In this document: positions 41,592-56,790 of the stretch, piece by piece
How the letters are laid out: every line of letters starts with the position of its first letter
How positions within the stretch are numbered: position 1 is the first letter of the stretch
Source: the human T2T-CHM13v2.0 reference genome, Homo sapiens
Assembly (NCBI RefSeq): GCF_009914755.1
Contig: NC_060931.1
DNA: 64,000 nucleotides
Reading direction: 5' to 3' (one strand)
Position numbers and translations under genes: made by a program
Notes under the pieces: generated by a model
The model's database searches: none
What the model was told of the DNA's origin: nothing
Seen by the model: the letters and a program-made list of their open reading frames with translations, nothing else

Positions 41592-42587
41592 CTAAAGTGT
41601 CTAGTTTAGCTAACTTTGTTTATTTAGCAAAGATATTAGCTAAAAGAAAACATCAAGTAAATAAAAGCCATGCAATTCTACCTCTCCAGTTTGTACAAAC
41701 CTTACTGCTTAACCATAATGATATCACAGTAATTTTAGTTAATATTTTATAATTAATTTTAAGTATGTATGTGTAATTACATTCTACCAATTTCCTTCCT
41801 TCAGCATATTATTACTTAAATGATGGTCTTGCTTACATTTTAGAAAACGATCCTAGCTCTTGTAAAGTGGTGTAGAGAAATCTAAACTAACTATTTAAGA
41901 GTAAGAAATAATTTTCAAAATTTCAAAATTGGAATATCATCCCTAAGATTCTTTTGATTTGGGGTATGTGCTGACATTAAGAACATATGTTAAAATAATT
42001 GCCTTCACATAAATGTTCTCATGTGGATGTCTTTCACAGCCCATCCAAACACACTTGATATTTATAAAAATATTCCCCAGATTCATTTAAAACCACCTGG
42101 CCAGGTTCTGCCTATGAACATATCATGTAGTGCCACAGATTTCTTTGCACATCATTAATACATGTATTCTGTGTTCTGTGTTTCCAAATATTTTTATTTT
42201 TTAGGACAAAATTTCTCTTTTTTGTGAGGCTTTTCAGAAACCTCTTCTATATTTCATGTCTAGTTCTATTATGTCCTGAGTCACTTCTAAATAATCTTCT
42301 CATCTTTGAATATCACCTTGATCTTGTTGAAGTTAAATTTAAGACAGAAGTATATCTTCCAGGAACTAATTTCTGACAGATACTTGGATAGCAGGGAAAC
42401 CATTTCTCCTGTGTCTAGTAGAAAGGAGATTTGCATGCAGGTTGTGAAGATTTTTATACTGCTTCACTGTACACACAAAAATTCATATAAAATACATTGG
42501 CTTTCCTGAAAACTTCCCCTAAAATATAGCATGTGTTGTTTGACCTTAAATCCGATTGAAGTCAGGTTAAACAGTGCTGTGATTCTG

Positions 42588-42850
42588 GCATTGTGATAAA
42601 GTGCATGTACTCTACAGCCAGACCACCTGGGTTTTAATTCCAGCCAAATTACTTATTGGTAATGTGATGTTAGGTAATTTGCTTCTCTGGTAGTTGATTT
42701 CTTAATATCTAAAATGGGCAATATTCCATTTTACAGACTTTATAAGCATCTATTTTATATGCTCATTTTTAGGAATAAATAAATCAATACTTATAAAGTA
42801 CTTAGAAGAGTACCTAACATTGGCACATAGTAAGACTTTGTAAAAAGTAA
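42588..42850 (+). mobile_element. MIR
   Basis: GCCAGACCACCTGGGTTTTAATTCCAGC...TAAAATGGG...TGGCACATAGTAAG. Confidence 0.75.
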
Positions 42851-42931
42851 AAATAAAAATAAATCCAAAATTCTGTTCATTGTGGCTGCAATTTGTATAC
42901 TTAAAAGCATTTTTATTTATGTTCTTATGTA

Positions 42932-43427
42932 CAGTAGTCACCCCTTATGTTCAGGGGATATGTTCCAACACCCACAGTGGATGTTTAAAACTTAGGGTAG
43001 TACTAAACCCTATATATAGTATGTTTTGGTCTCTCTATACACACACCTATGATTCAATTTATTTTATTAGGTAGGCACGGCAAGAGATTAGCAATAATCA
43101 TGAATAAACTAATAAACAATTAAGTTCAATAAGGGTTATTTGAACACAAGCACTGTGATACCACAGCAGTCGATCTATTTGCGATGGCTGCTAAATACCT
43201 AACGACCAGGTCGTGTTCAGGGTAGACATGCTGGGCAAAGTGGTGATTCACCTCGTGGGAGGGATGAAGGGTGGAGGAGGATGACATGAGATTTTGTCAT
43301 GTTACTCAGAATAGCAGAAAATTTAAAACGTGTCAGTTGTTTATCTCTGGAATTTTTCATTTAATAATTCTGGACCTTGGATGAGAGCAGGTAAGTACAA
43401 CTCCGAATTAGGGGGAAGGAACTATTG
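42932..43427. mobile_element. MER44 (Tigger7-derived TcMar element)
   Basis: TA|CAGTAGTCACCCCTTAT...GGGGATATGTTCCAA...GGAACTATTG|TA. Confidence 0.85.
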
Positions 43428-43551
43428 TAAATATTTTTCTGATGAGGTCACTTAACAAAAAGTGGAGGAAAAATAAAAGTTCAAACAGGGTAAAGGGAGA
43501 TGGTGTCATAGTCCAAAGCTTCATTTGTAATTGTTTCCATTTCTGCAGTCA

Positions 43552-43856
43552 CGTGACATAGAGTAGATCAGTATGAGTAACAAATTATTAGCCTTATAAG
43601 TATAAAGGGAATTGAATGTGATGCATTAACAGGAAGTAGAACTTTTGTTCATAACTTTCTTATTTGGCACAGACCTTGATCTCATACGACCTCTTCCTGG
43701 ATTGTTTCTTCTAAACAACCAGTTAGACCAAAATGTATACTGTTTAACTTAAATAAAAGGGAATACGTATTTACTTCTGGATTGGATTGGATTGATTTCC
43801 CTGTAAAACTAACTAAAGAAAATATAGCCAAAGAACAGAATAAGCGTTCACTCAGA
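43552..43856 (+). repeat. Local direct duplication, copy A
   Basis: Hand alignment to 44983-45291, ~85% identity over the first ~250 bp. Confidence 0.92.
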
Positions 43857-44094
43857 TCACCTCGCTAGTTTTAGTCTGGAAGTAAATTTCAAATTCAGAG
43901 AATATACTATATAAATGTAAATTGTACCTTTTTGAAATGAATTCATGAATTTGTATTCACATGGGCCAAATCTTATGTTCTGTTTGGGTTGGGGTTTTGT
44001 CCACAGGAGTCTGTTACACTGTGAAAAAAAAATAAGCAAAGCTATTTAACTTTTAACTTATCACACTGACACATTTTTCAGAGAAATTCAATGG

Positions 44095-44640
44095 ATGCAG
44101 GAATTGAAAGTGGGAAGATTTAAAGATGACTTCCAGGATTCTGGCTCGAGCAGTTGGATGAATGACATGACATTTAATAAGAATAGGGACAATAGAGAAG
44201 AAGCAGAAATTTGGGAAAATATGATGAGTTCAGCATCAGACAGGGAGTAGTTTACGTGTCTTACAGCACATCTGATGTGAGACACTAAGCACCGCAACAG
44301 GAGAGGTGTGACTCCGGAGAGATGAGGGCCAGAGATGCAGATTTGCAGTTGTCAGTGTGCAGACCGCACTCCAAACCACGTGAAAGGCCTGCCAGGAGGA
44401 TTGTGTGCAAGGAATAGAAAATAAAATTTAAGCCAGAACCCAGAAAAATACAGGTACTTACGGGAAGAGTAGATTAGGAGCCAGAAGAAGAGACTTAAAA
44501 AATAGTCATAGTTAGAGATATAATGTAATATTATGGAAATGAAAGAAGTGCAAGGAGATGATATGGTCAGCATTGTTGAGTAAATCCTTACATTATTAAA
44601 AAAACAGAATGCAGTGAAGGATCTAAATGAATTATCTTCG
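44095..44640 (-). mobile_element. L2 fragment
   Basis: AAAGATGACTTCCAGGATTCTGGCT, GATGAGTTCAG, CAGATTTGCAGTTGTCAG. Confidence 0.75.
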
Positions 44641-44982
44641 AGTAAGAAAAACAAGGCAAAACAATGATTATGTTAATCACAACTTAAATAATTCTTCTCA
44701 TTTTATACGCAGACATGATAAACTTTGCAGGAAAGAACAAGTAGTTTAATATTAGTGAAGGGAGTTCATGAATTTAGAAAGTATCATAACATGGACATTT
44801 ACAACAATCTCTTCCTTTTGTAGGTGGAAAGGTAAGTCCTGGGCAGGGAGAGTGATTTGCCTAAATCACCCAAATCATAAATAAAAGGAGCAGGGACAAA
44901 AGATTTTTGACTCTCGATACTTGGTTGGAAAAAAATCATTAAATCAAAAACAAAATGAGTTATAATAGCAAGGGTTCCTTAG

Positions 44983-45291
44983 CATTACGTAGAGTAGATC
45001 GGTATGAGTAACAAATTGTTAGCCTTATATGTATAAACGGAATTGAACGTGATGCATTAACAGGAAGTAGAATTCTTGTTCATAATTTTCTTATTTAGCA
45101 CAAACCCGATCTCATAGGACCTCTTTCTCGGTTGTTTCTTTCAAACAATCAGAATTAGACAAAAACGTATATTGTTTTAACCCAAATAAAAGTAAACAAG
45201 TTTTTATTTCTGCATTGGATTGGAGTTATTTCTCTGTTACACTAAAGAAATATAACCAATGAGTGATTAACTAAAGAAATCACTACTCAGA
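44983..45291 (+). repeat. Local direct duplication, copy B
   Basis: See copy A; offset ~1431 bp. Confidence 0.92.
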
Positions 45292-45396
45292 CAGTAATGA
45301 TGACATGGAGTGCATCAGAGAAATTATTGCCTTTAAAGAAGAAGTAATAAGAAAGCCACAATATCCCCAGCAGAAATGGGGAAAGGGATTTCTTAC

Positions 45397-45482
45397 CTGT
45401 CTGGGAATGATTGAAGTATTGTAAGGTCTGTCTAGAGGTTGAATAATGACCTATCTTCCCCTTTTGTCATGTTGAGAGGTTC
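45397..45482 (-). ncRNA. Candidate non-coding exon (86 nt)
   Basis: Acceptor TGATTTTCTGTGGCAG|G and donor CAG|GTAAGA; stops in all frames. Confidence 0.3.
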
Positions 45483-46004
45483 CTGCCACAGAAAATCACA
45501 ATCACCTAGTCTGTGTTAATAATCGTTCTGAGCAGTATTCTAAGTATCAGTTGCAGTCAATGCGATATAAAGAGATGTAAGTTTCAGATCTGATCTGTAC
45601 TTGTAGTTTAAGTTGGACAACACTGATAAGCAAGATAACAAAGGAAACACAATCAACTAAATACTCATTGAATGTAATTGTTAAATTACTAACAATGAAT
45701 ATGAGAACAATTTTATTTGGAGGGTAGTGAGGGCGTGAAGGATTATAGAAATTGCCTGTTTGTATTCATGAAATTGAAGAGAAATTAGTATTGCTTTTGC
45801 AAAGTCGCAGCATATTTTATAGTGTCATCTCAGGAAGTAAAGTTCCTTTTTAAAAGGTCCACCTTGCTGTAAAGCAGAAGGAACTGAAATTTTGAGGAAA
45901 TGTCTTGGAAGTGTATTCCTCAATGTTGAATAGCACAGTATTGTCTCTCTATGTGTGTGTGCATGCTTTTATTCTGTAAGAATGTTGTACGTTAAGAATC
46001 TTGA

Positions 46005-46316
46005 GGCCGGGCGTGGTGGCTCATGCCTGTAATCCCAGCACTTTGGGAGGTCAAGGCGGGCAGATCACGAGGTCAGGAGATCGATACCATCCTGGCTAAC
46101 ACTGTGAAACCCCGTCTCTACTAAAAATACAAAAAAAAAAAAAAAATTAGCTGGGTGTGGTGGTGGGTGTCTGTAGTCCCAGCTACTCGGGGGGGCTGGG
46201 GCAGGAGAATGGCTTGAACCCGGGAGGCGGAGTTTGCAGTGAGCCGACATCGCACCACTGCACTCCAGCCTGGGCAACAGAGCAAGACTCCTTCTCAAAA
46301 AAAAAAAAAAAAAAAA
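46005..46316 (+). mobile_element. AluY with expanded middle A-tract
   Basis: GAGATCGATACCATCCTGGCTAACA, GAATGGC; TSD AA(G/A)AATCTTGA. Confidence 0.95.
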
Positions 46317-46526
46317 TCTTGAGATTTAATACTCCATAGTTACAGAATATTAAGTATTGAAATGCGGTCTCTACATTTTATGATAGTGCACCCCATTAGG
46401 TGAGACTAGGGATACAGTTCTCTTTTGGTCGGCTTCTGTTTCTCCCAATGGGAGGAACTAGTTAATTTAAACATAGACTCTACAATCAACAAGCTTGGAT
46501 ACTGAAATTTTTGGCACACCATAAAG

Positions 46527-47031
46527 ACAGGTTCAACAAACTATGACTCTTAGGCCAAATATGGTTTACTCACTCTCAATGAAGTTTCAGTGGAACAGAG
46601 ACACCCCATTCATTACTTGTCCATGGCTGTTTCATGCTAAATGGCATAGTTGAATAGTTGCAAAAAAGAGACTATAGTGCACAAATATAAAATATTTACT
46701 ATCTGGGACTCAGAGTGGTGCATGTAGTCCCAACACTCTGACAGGTTGAGACAGGAGGATCACTTGAGTTCAGGAGTTCAAGACCAGCCTGGGAAGCACA
46801 GCAAGACCCCATCTCTAAAAAACATTTTAAAAAGCTGAGTGTGGTGATACATGTCTGTAGTCCTAGATTCTCAGGATGATGAGGTGGAAGATAATTTGAG
46901 CCCAGGAGCTGGAAGACACAGTGAGTTGTGATTGTACCATTGCATTCTAGCATGGATGACAGAGTGAGACCCTGTCTCTCTAAAAAAAAATTACTATCTG
47001 ACCTTTTATAGAAAAAGTTTACTGACCTCTG
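46527..47031 (-). mobile_element. MER58A interrupted by AluJ
   Basis: AAAATATTTACTATCTG...AGAAAAAGTTTACTGACCTCTG; perfect 8-bp hAT TSD CCATAAAG (46519 / 47032). Confidence 0.85.
46705..46990 (+). mobile_element. AluJ
   Basis: GGAGGATCACTTGAG, TTTGAGCCCAGGAG, GAGACCCTGTCTC; TSD TTACTATCTG. Confidence 0.92.
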
Positions 47032-47082
47032 CCATAAAGGAAGATATTAAAACGTTTAGTGAGATGGACATTTTGGAATTAA

Positions 47083-47862
<780 letters not shown>

Positions 47863-48407
47863 TAATTAGCATGAATTCAATCATGTAAAATGCTAGCATG
47901 ATGTTTTCTGGAATATGAGATGTCTCTGTAGCCTATATTGTAACAGATGAAGAGAATATAAATAACCTTGAGATAAGACAGAGAGGGAGTACTATTGCTC
48001 CAGTCAGATAAAGGTCATTGGTCATCTTCTTCTGATTGTGTTTATTAATTGATATTGGGAAAAAAGCACTCAATAGCTCGATAGGTGCATAAATAGATAC
48101 CAGGTGCAAGGCCTCTGATAATTTGCACCAGTAAAGATTCCATATTTGCAATGGGAGCTGTGATTGGCATCACTCTCTAATTAAGTTTATGAGAATCTAC
48201 TGTCACCCTCCAGGATCCATTAAGCCCCTGTATTAGCCAGAGTTGACTTATGCAGGGATATGATAAGAACTAACATGACTGCATCTTTCAGTTCTTTACT
48301 TTTGGAATTAATCTTGAGAATTCTCCAGAAATGTATATCATGTTAGTTTTGTTTTATTCAGGGTTCTTGGAGGGGCATTTGCTCTTGGCCATTTCTACTC
48401 TAGCAGT

Positions 48408-48408
<1 letters not shown>

Positions 48409-48444
<36 letters not shown>
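48409..48444. repeat. (CA)18 microsatellite
   Basis: Perfect repeat. Confidence 0.97.
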
Positions 48445-48445
<1 letters not shown>

Positions 48446-49422
48446 CTTAGACATGTTGACAGTTGTGTAATACGCTTTTCCAAAAAATAAAACTCAGAAT
48501 GGTCCCTCAGGTCTACTGGACTCATTGTAAGGTAAACTATTTGCAAGACTTCAAATATATTTGAGCTCCAAATTCCTCACTCTTGTGAACAAAAGTGGGT
48601 GAGATTTTGAGTTCCTGGAAATTAGTGTCAACTCAGAGCCAAGAGCCAACAGCTAATAATTCCTCATGGATGCAACACATACTATATTTGATGTGTGCTG
48701 TTGTGGCCCATTTGCCAGAAGTAACCAATTGAGTCTCCAGTTTCTGAATGAAGTCTGGAGTAATAGAAAGCCCTGAAGCACCAGGTCCTGGCTGCCCCTT
48801 TCTCTCCTCCCATTTTTAAACTCAAATTCTTGTTATTTTGGAAAAACATATCGTTTTTTCGTTTTGTATAAATTTTTGGAAGATATGTGCAAGAATTCTA
48901 TTTAGGTGACTGCTTTTTTCTTTGAACTTCTGGAAGGTCTCCTATAAACCCTTGAGAGCCGCGCTAAAATATAACACTTCTGTGTTCAAGAAATATCTGT
49001 TATTCCCTAAAGTACAAAATAAAGTCCAAGCATAAAAAAGTGTCCACAGTCCTTGTCCTTGCATTCTGTCTTCTCCATGGCTCTTTTAAGAAACTTCTAC
49101 TTCATCCAAAGTGGTCTGTCATAAAAATGAAAATCACAGATCGTATGGCTTTGCTTTGGAGTAGCCTAACTATTGCTGTTACTCAGCCTGGCCCACTTTG
49201 TTTGTAATTTCCACTTCACTTATTTAGTTTCTAGCCTTTCCTCTACACCAGTTTAGTTTCCATGTTTTCATTGAAATCTTCCATTAGTGTTCTGGTGCAA
49301 ATTAATTTATCTTGGTGTGATCTATCGTCTATCTGTACATCACACACATTGCAATAGGTTTATCCTTATCTCACCTTCTATATATGTCTGTATATAAACA
49401 TGAACATGTCTGTAATTATTAG

Positions 49423-49761
<339 letters not shown>

Positions 49762-50175
49762 TATGCTTATTTTTTCTTATGCCAGGCTCCCTGGCTCGAG
49801 AGCCTGTGCTTTTAATCATTACGCATGCTGCCTATCCATGCAGTTCACTACTCTCTCCCATGGCAATGGCAAACTTCAATAAATAAAAAATGGTCTCCTT
49901 TTCTGTAAAGCTTTGGTATTAGATCAGATTGTTTTACTATGCAACACTCCAGAAAGCCATCACAGATTAATTGTAGCGTGCATGGTGAAGTTGATCTCCT
50001 GTCCCTGATTGCTAAACTTTAAGCTCAATAACAACAGGGAACATTTCTTAAATCTCTTTTTATTCTTGTACTTAGTATAATGCTTGCATATAATAGGAGC
50101 TTCATTTATATTTGTCATCAAGATGTTGATAGTGATTTGAAATTTGATCATTGCTAAAAGTTATTGTACAGTTTC

Positions 50176-50297
50176 CTTTCCTTTTCTTTTCTTTCTTTCT
50201 TTTTTTTTTTTTTTTTTTTTGAGATGGAGTCTCACTCTGTTGCCCAGTCTGGAGTGCAATGGTGTGATCTCTGCTCACTGCAACCTCCACCTCCTGG
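50176..50297 (-). mobile_element. 5'-truncated Alu (~77 nt plus tail)
   Basis: Perfect 14-bp TSD TATTGTACAGTTTC (50162 / 50298). Confidence 0.95.
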
Positions 50298-50647
50298 TAT
50301 TGTACAGTTTCATCAAAATTCTTCCTGCAAATCATCCTCCATTGGTTGGTTCATTTTGTTTTCCTAAGATTTAACTTATAAAATGCTGGTTTTATTTCTC
50401 CATATTTTCCTTTTCTAACATGATACTCTACAGTGGAAATCACAACTTTCTGTTCTTTAGTTAGCTCCTTGTCCTAGAATTATAACACATTGTTTGATTC
50501 CTGTTAAAAGACCAATGTTTGAAGAGTTGATAGTTGCATATAATGGATCATTGGTTTCTTTACAAATTGAGAATATATGTATTTTACAGTTAATGTCTAT
50601 TCTTAGAAAAATGTCTGCTGTTTGACCTTACTAATCACTGTGAGACC

Positions 50648-51712
50648 TAACAAGCAAATGCAACAAAACCCAAAAATAGACAAATGGGACTTAATTAAAC
50701 TAAAAAGCTGTGTGTGTGTGTCCATATATATATACACACACACATATCTCAACAGCGTGAACACACAGCCTGCAGAATAGGAAAAAATATTTGCAAACTA
50801 TACATCTGACAAAGGACTAATATCCAGACTCTACAAGGTACTCAAATGACTCAACATGTAAAAACAAATAACTTCATTAAAAAGCAGGCAAAGGATATGA
50901 GCAGACATTTTTCAAAAGAAGGCATTAAAATGGACAACAAGCATATGAAAAAGTGTTCAATGCAGCCAGTCATCAGAAAGGCATATTAAAACCACAATGA
51001 GATACCATCTTATACCAGTCAGAATGTCTGGCATTAAAAAGACAAAAAATAACAGATGTTGGTGAGGACATTGAGAAAAGGGAAATCTTGCACACCATTG
51101 GTGGGGATGTAAATTGGTGTAACCTCTATGGAAAACAATATGGCAATTTCTCAAAGAGTAAAAATACAACTACCATTTGATCCAACAACCCCACTACTGG
51201 GTATATACACAAAGGAAAAGAAATCATTATATCAAAAAATACCTTGGCTTGCATGTTTATTTATTGCAGCACTATTCACAATGGCAAACATATGGAATCA
51301 ACCTCAGTGTCTATCAACAGATGGTTAGATAAAATGTGGTACATATACACCAGGGAATACTACTCAGCCATAAAAAGAATGAAATTATGTCTTTTTCAGC
51401 AACATGGATGAAACTGGAGACATTGTCCTAAGTGAAATACTCAGAAACAGAAAATAATATACTGCATGTTCTTACTTACAAGTGGTAGCTAAATAATGTG
51501 TACACATGGACACAGAGTATAAAATAATGGACATTGGAGACTCAGTAGTGTGGAAGGGTTGGGAGCAGGGGGGGGAAGATAAATTACTTAATGGGTACGG
51601 TGTACACTATTTGGGTGATGGCTACACTAAAAGGCCATACTTCACCACTATTGAGTACATCAATATAACAAAATTGTACTTAGACCCACTAACACTGTAC
51701 AAATAAATAAAT
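50648..51712 (+). mobile_element. L1MA/L1PB 3' end (ORF2 tail plus 3' UTR)
   Basis: AATAGACAAATGGGACTTAATTAAACTAAAAAGCT, AAAACCACAATGAGATACCATC, GGTGATGGCTACACTAAAA; A-rich end. Confidence 0.92.
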
Positions 51713-52617
51713 AGAAGCATTAACTTTATAAGAATCACTGTCATTTTATTTTTTAAAAATGATTTCCGGACAGGGGTCACTGTTCTATATACTAGTCAGG
51801 ACTCTGCCTTGTTCACATGATTGGTTTTTACCATTTTATTTTGTTTAGAACAGTAAGGGCTTCTGCTTTGGATGTTAGTGAAAAGAATGGATGTTAAGTC
51901 TCTTTAGGCAACAGATAATGCAAAAATATTTTTATGGTTTCAATAACATTCCCAATGTTCATAACCATTGATAATTATCTGGCTGGAAAACATTAAAAAT
52001 TATAAAGTATGTTTGTCTTATTTTATCTTTTGGCCAATGAAGAAAAAAAAGTACAAATCATGTTTATGTTACACATAGTAATATATTTATATATTTTGCT
52101 CTTTCTATTTTAATTCATTAAATTGACACCAAAAATAGTGCCTATGGTAGATCTATATTCCCTTAATTCAAGGTATGTAGATATTCCTCTAAGATTTCAA
52201 ATGACACTGTACATTATGTGGCATAGTGATATCATGAGACAAGGACTAACATATATATATATGGTAGGGAATTATTGTTATGGTATTGGTAATAACCTCA
52301 GGTTTTCAAATAAATAGAATAAGGTATAAGATCAATTTGTTGGACCCTACTCCAGAAAGATTGTTGCACTTTGAATTCTATTTTCTCATTATGTTTATCT
52401 GAATACATTCTGGGGAACAAGTATATCATTATAAGAAATAAATTACATGCATTATTTCAAGATATATAAAATCTGTTTAAAAAACCATCATGACATTCTA
52501 TTTTATGAAATGGCTTATTCTCAAGCAAAAGGTCTCTGTTTTTTAGAAGTAGAAAAAACCTTATTATTATTGAGCTCAACAAACATTATGCAGCTTCTTT
52601 CAAAAATTTACTTCATG

Positions 52618-53410
<793 letters not shown>

Positions 53411-54834
53411 CATGGAAGAGAAAACTCACCCTGTCTTGAGAGAGAAGACTCATCTTTTAAAATTGGTATAGGTGTTACAAAGTTCTTTCTTAGGTAAAAC
53501 CAAAATGTGCTCCTTGTGATTTTTTTACCCTTTTTTTGCTGAAGCGTCAAAGGGCAAGCCTACCCTCTCTTTGACATAGCAACTGTTGTGAATGGATTAT
53601 GACTTTTCTTAGGCTTCATTTCTTAAAGTTAATCTTTATCCCTTCACTTATTTTCCCTAGAGCACAGATGCCAGAGTGTTCTGGTTGCTTCAGTCTGGGT
53701 AATTGCTAGCGTATGTGTCATTTTTTAAATGTTGGCTGTGGTGTTTTAATGTGGTGCTCATATTGAATATGGTACTGTAGATGTGGTCTTCCCAGATCAG
53801 AATAGAGCTGGGTATTCTACCTTTGACTGATCTAGACATTGTGTTTCTATTAACCCAGAAAAACTTTGATTCAGATTGTTCTGATAGCAATATTCTACTG
53901 TTGGGTTTTCCATAAATGTATAATCACCCCAATGCCAACAAACACCTTGACCAATTATCCTAAATTTTTAAAAAGTTAATTTAGCACTTCACTTGAAATC
54001 TACTGGACGTTGTCTTCTACCACATAATCAGAAGCACTTTCATCATTTTTGTGGCTTCAGTGCATAGGAGAGGATCTATTACCTAGTGGCTGCTCATCAA
54101 ATGTTTAAAAAATATTAATGAGTTTGATATCTTAGAATTTTCCTTTAATGTGTATTTTATCAGCATGGTTTTAATGGAGCAGTTAGAGCGGATTGTATAA
54201 TTATGATTGCAGGCTCTATTCAATTCACTGACATAAATATCATGTAAGACAAGAACAGGGTTTGATGGCAATCTATCAGGGACTCCCTAAGGCTTCAATT
54301 AAATTCCACAAGCATTTATCAGAGCTATATATGCGGCAGGCCTGTGTAGTCATTAACAATATGCTGCCCTCGAAAAATACACAGGCTACTTTTACATGGC
54401 CCTATTAATCAACACTTATTGGGTACAGCGATACAACTAGCTGTTAATTCATCCATCCATACCATTATTTATATCTCATTTCACCTTCTACTTATAGAGC
54501 TATTATTAGAGATATTTGATATAACAAGACAAACTATGCCTTCAGCATTTATTTGATCTGCCAACTTGAAAATACTATCAAGAAGACATTAGGATGGATT
54601 TTAATGATTCATTCTTAATAAAACCACCTCCATGAGACTGTATAGTTTTTTTATTATAAAGGCCCGTTTTTTGTTTGTTTGTTTGTTTTAATCATTTCCT
54701 CCAACTATTGTCCTAGTGATCTTGGATAAGTTACATAAATTTTCTAACTTCAACTCTTTCTTCACTTGTAAAACATAGATACAAATAGCACATGTCTGAG
54801 AGAGTTGTTCGGTAGATAAAATAAGATAATCAAC

Positions 54835-55230
54835 TATCTCAAGTCTGATTCCATGGGAAATGGATTCTGAGCCTCTGGGATTTGGATACAAGGGGTTAGT
54901 TGGAGAAATTTCAGGGAATCAACAGCTAGGAAGATTTGAAGGACTCTAGGAAATTTGAGATTTGTGTAGAGGGAGAGGCTGAACTGGTCTGCAACAGAAG
55001 TGGCAGATGATTCCACAGAGAACCCTGGAGCTGGGATATCTTCAGGTGCCTCCAATAAAGCAAGGGTGTGGTACTTTGCAGTATTACCTGGACCAGTCAT
55101 TGGATATAGGTAACTCCCCAGGAAGAAACCATAGCCTTGGGTAGACAGCTTCCTTAAACAGATAGGAATAGTAGAGAGGGACTCAACTGTGAGCTGTCAA
55201 CAGTCAACTATGCTACCACTAGGTGTACAG
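54835..55230 (-). mobile_element. ERVL LTR (LTR33-like)
   Basis: CCTGGAGCTGGGAT, GACCAGTCATTGGAT, GAGGGACTCAACTGTGAGCTGTCA. Confidence 0.65.
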
Positions 55231-56440
55231 GCTATTACAATGCCTGTTGCATGTTAACTGAATAATAAATACTAGCTATTATTGTTATACCTACTTATCT
55301 ATTTCTTAATTTATTTATCTATTTACTTTTTAAGATCTTCTCATTTTGAATTATTCTTTGACCTCCATCAGAAATTATGCTAGTGAGTCCATTAAATTGA
55401 TCAGTTCTCACTTTTCTTCTCTGAGAAAATTATCTGTTTGTTTTTTAAAGCTTTATTGATTCACAGTGGACCTACAGTATATTGCACCTATTTAAGATGT
55501 AGAAACTAACAAATTTTCTCTCTCAAACACACATACACATACACCTGTGAAACCATCACTACAATCAAGGTATGGAACATTTCCATCCCTTCCAAAAGAA
55601 ACCTCCTGCCGATTTGTAAATAACTACCCCTCTATCCCAGTCCCCAAGTAGTAACTGATCTGCTTTCTGTCACTATACACTAATTTGCCATTTTAAGAAT
55701 TTTATATTAATGGGATTATACTTTTTGGGGAAAGGGGTCTGGCTTCTTTGAATCAGCATGACTATTTTGAGATTCATCCAAATTACAGTGTATAGTGTAT
55801 CAATAGTTTATAGTTTTTATTGCTGAATGGTGTTCCTTTGCATGGGTTTACTGCAATTTGTTTATCCATTCACCTGTTCATAGATGTTAAGATTGTTTCA
55901 ACTTTTTAGCTATTATAAATAAAGCTGCTATGAACATTCAGATATAAGCTTAGTACAGATATATCCTTTAGTTAGGAAAATATCTAGGGACAGAATGGTT
56001 TGTTCAGATATGTGATTCGCAAATATTTTCTCCATCTGTGTTTTGTTTTTTACAATATTTAACGATGCCTCTTGACGAACAGAAATTATGAAATTAAGTC
56101 TTGTTTATCAACTTTTTCTTTTATGGTTTATGCTTTTGGTGTTGTATCTAAGAAATTTTTGCCTAACTCAAGGTCAAAAAGGTTTTCTGTGTTTTTTGGC
56201 TTATTTAGGTGTATGAACCATCACTGATTTTTCTTCATAAGGTATAAATATCAAAGTTCATTTGTGGCATATTAATATCCAATTTTTCCAGCAGCATTTA
56301 TTAAAAAGACCACCTTTTCTCCACAAAATTTGCCACTTTTCTACAAATAATATTTTATAAAACAGCCAAATAATGTTTTTTTTTAATAGCCAAGGCATCA
56401 TTTAGTTTATATGTACCTTTTTGAGTGTGCTTTGTTAGTG

Positions 56441-56790
56441 TTTTTCTTTTCTTTTCTTTTCTTTTCTTTTCTTTTCTTTTCTTTTCTTTTCTTTTCTTTT
56501 CTTTTCGAGGCGAGTCTTGTTCTGTCGCTCAGGCTGGAGTGCAGAGTGCAGTGGCCCGATCTCCTCTCACTGCAACCCCCGCCTCCCGGTAGCGATTCTC
56601 ATCCCTCAGCCTCCCGAGTAGCTGGGCCTACAGTCGTGTGCCACCATGCCCGGCTAATTTTTGTAGTTTTAGTAGAGATGTGGCTTTATGGTGTTGCCCA
56701 GGCTGATCTCGAACTCCTGACCTCAAGTGATATGTCCACTTTGGCCTCCTATAGTGCTAGGATTACAGGCGTGAGCCGCCGCACCTGGCC
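56441..56790 (-). mobile_element. AluSz-like with (TTTTC)n tail and 7-nt duplication GAGTGCA
   Basis: GGAGTGCAGAGTGCAGTGG; CTGACCTCAAGTGA. Confidence 0.95.

Noticed and set aside
50709-50743. (TG)n-(TA)n-(CA)n hairpin inside L1
   Set aside because: Common microsatellite configuration
50957-51706. ORFs resembling the L1 ORF2 C-terminus
   Set aside because: Decayed L1 fragment with stops and frameshifts; not an active element
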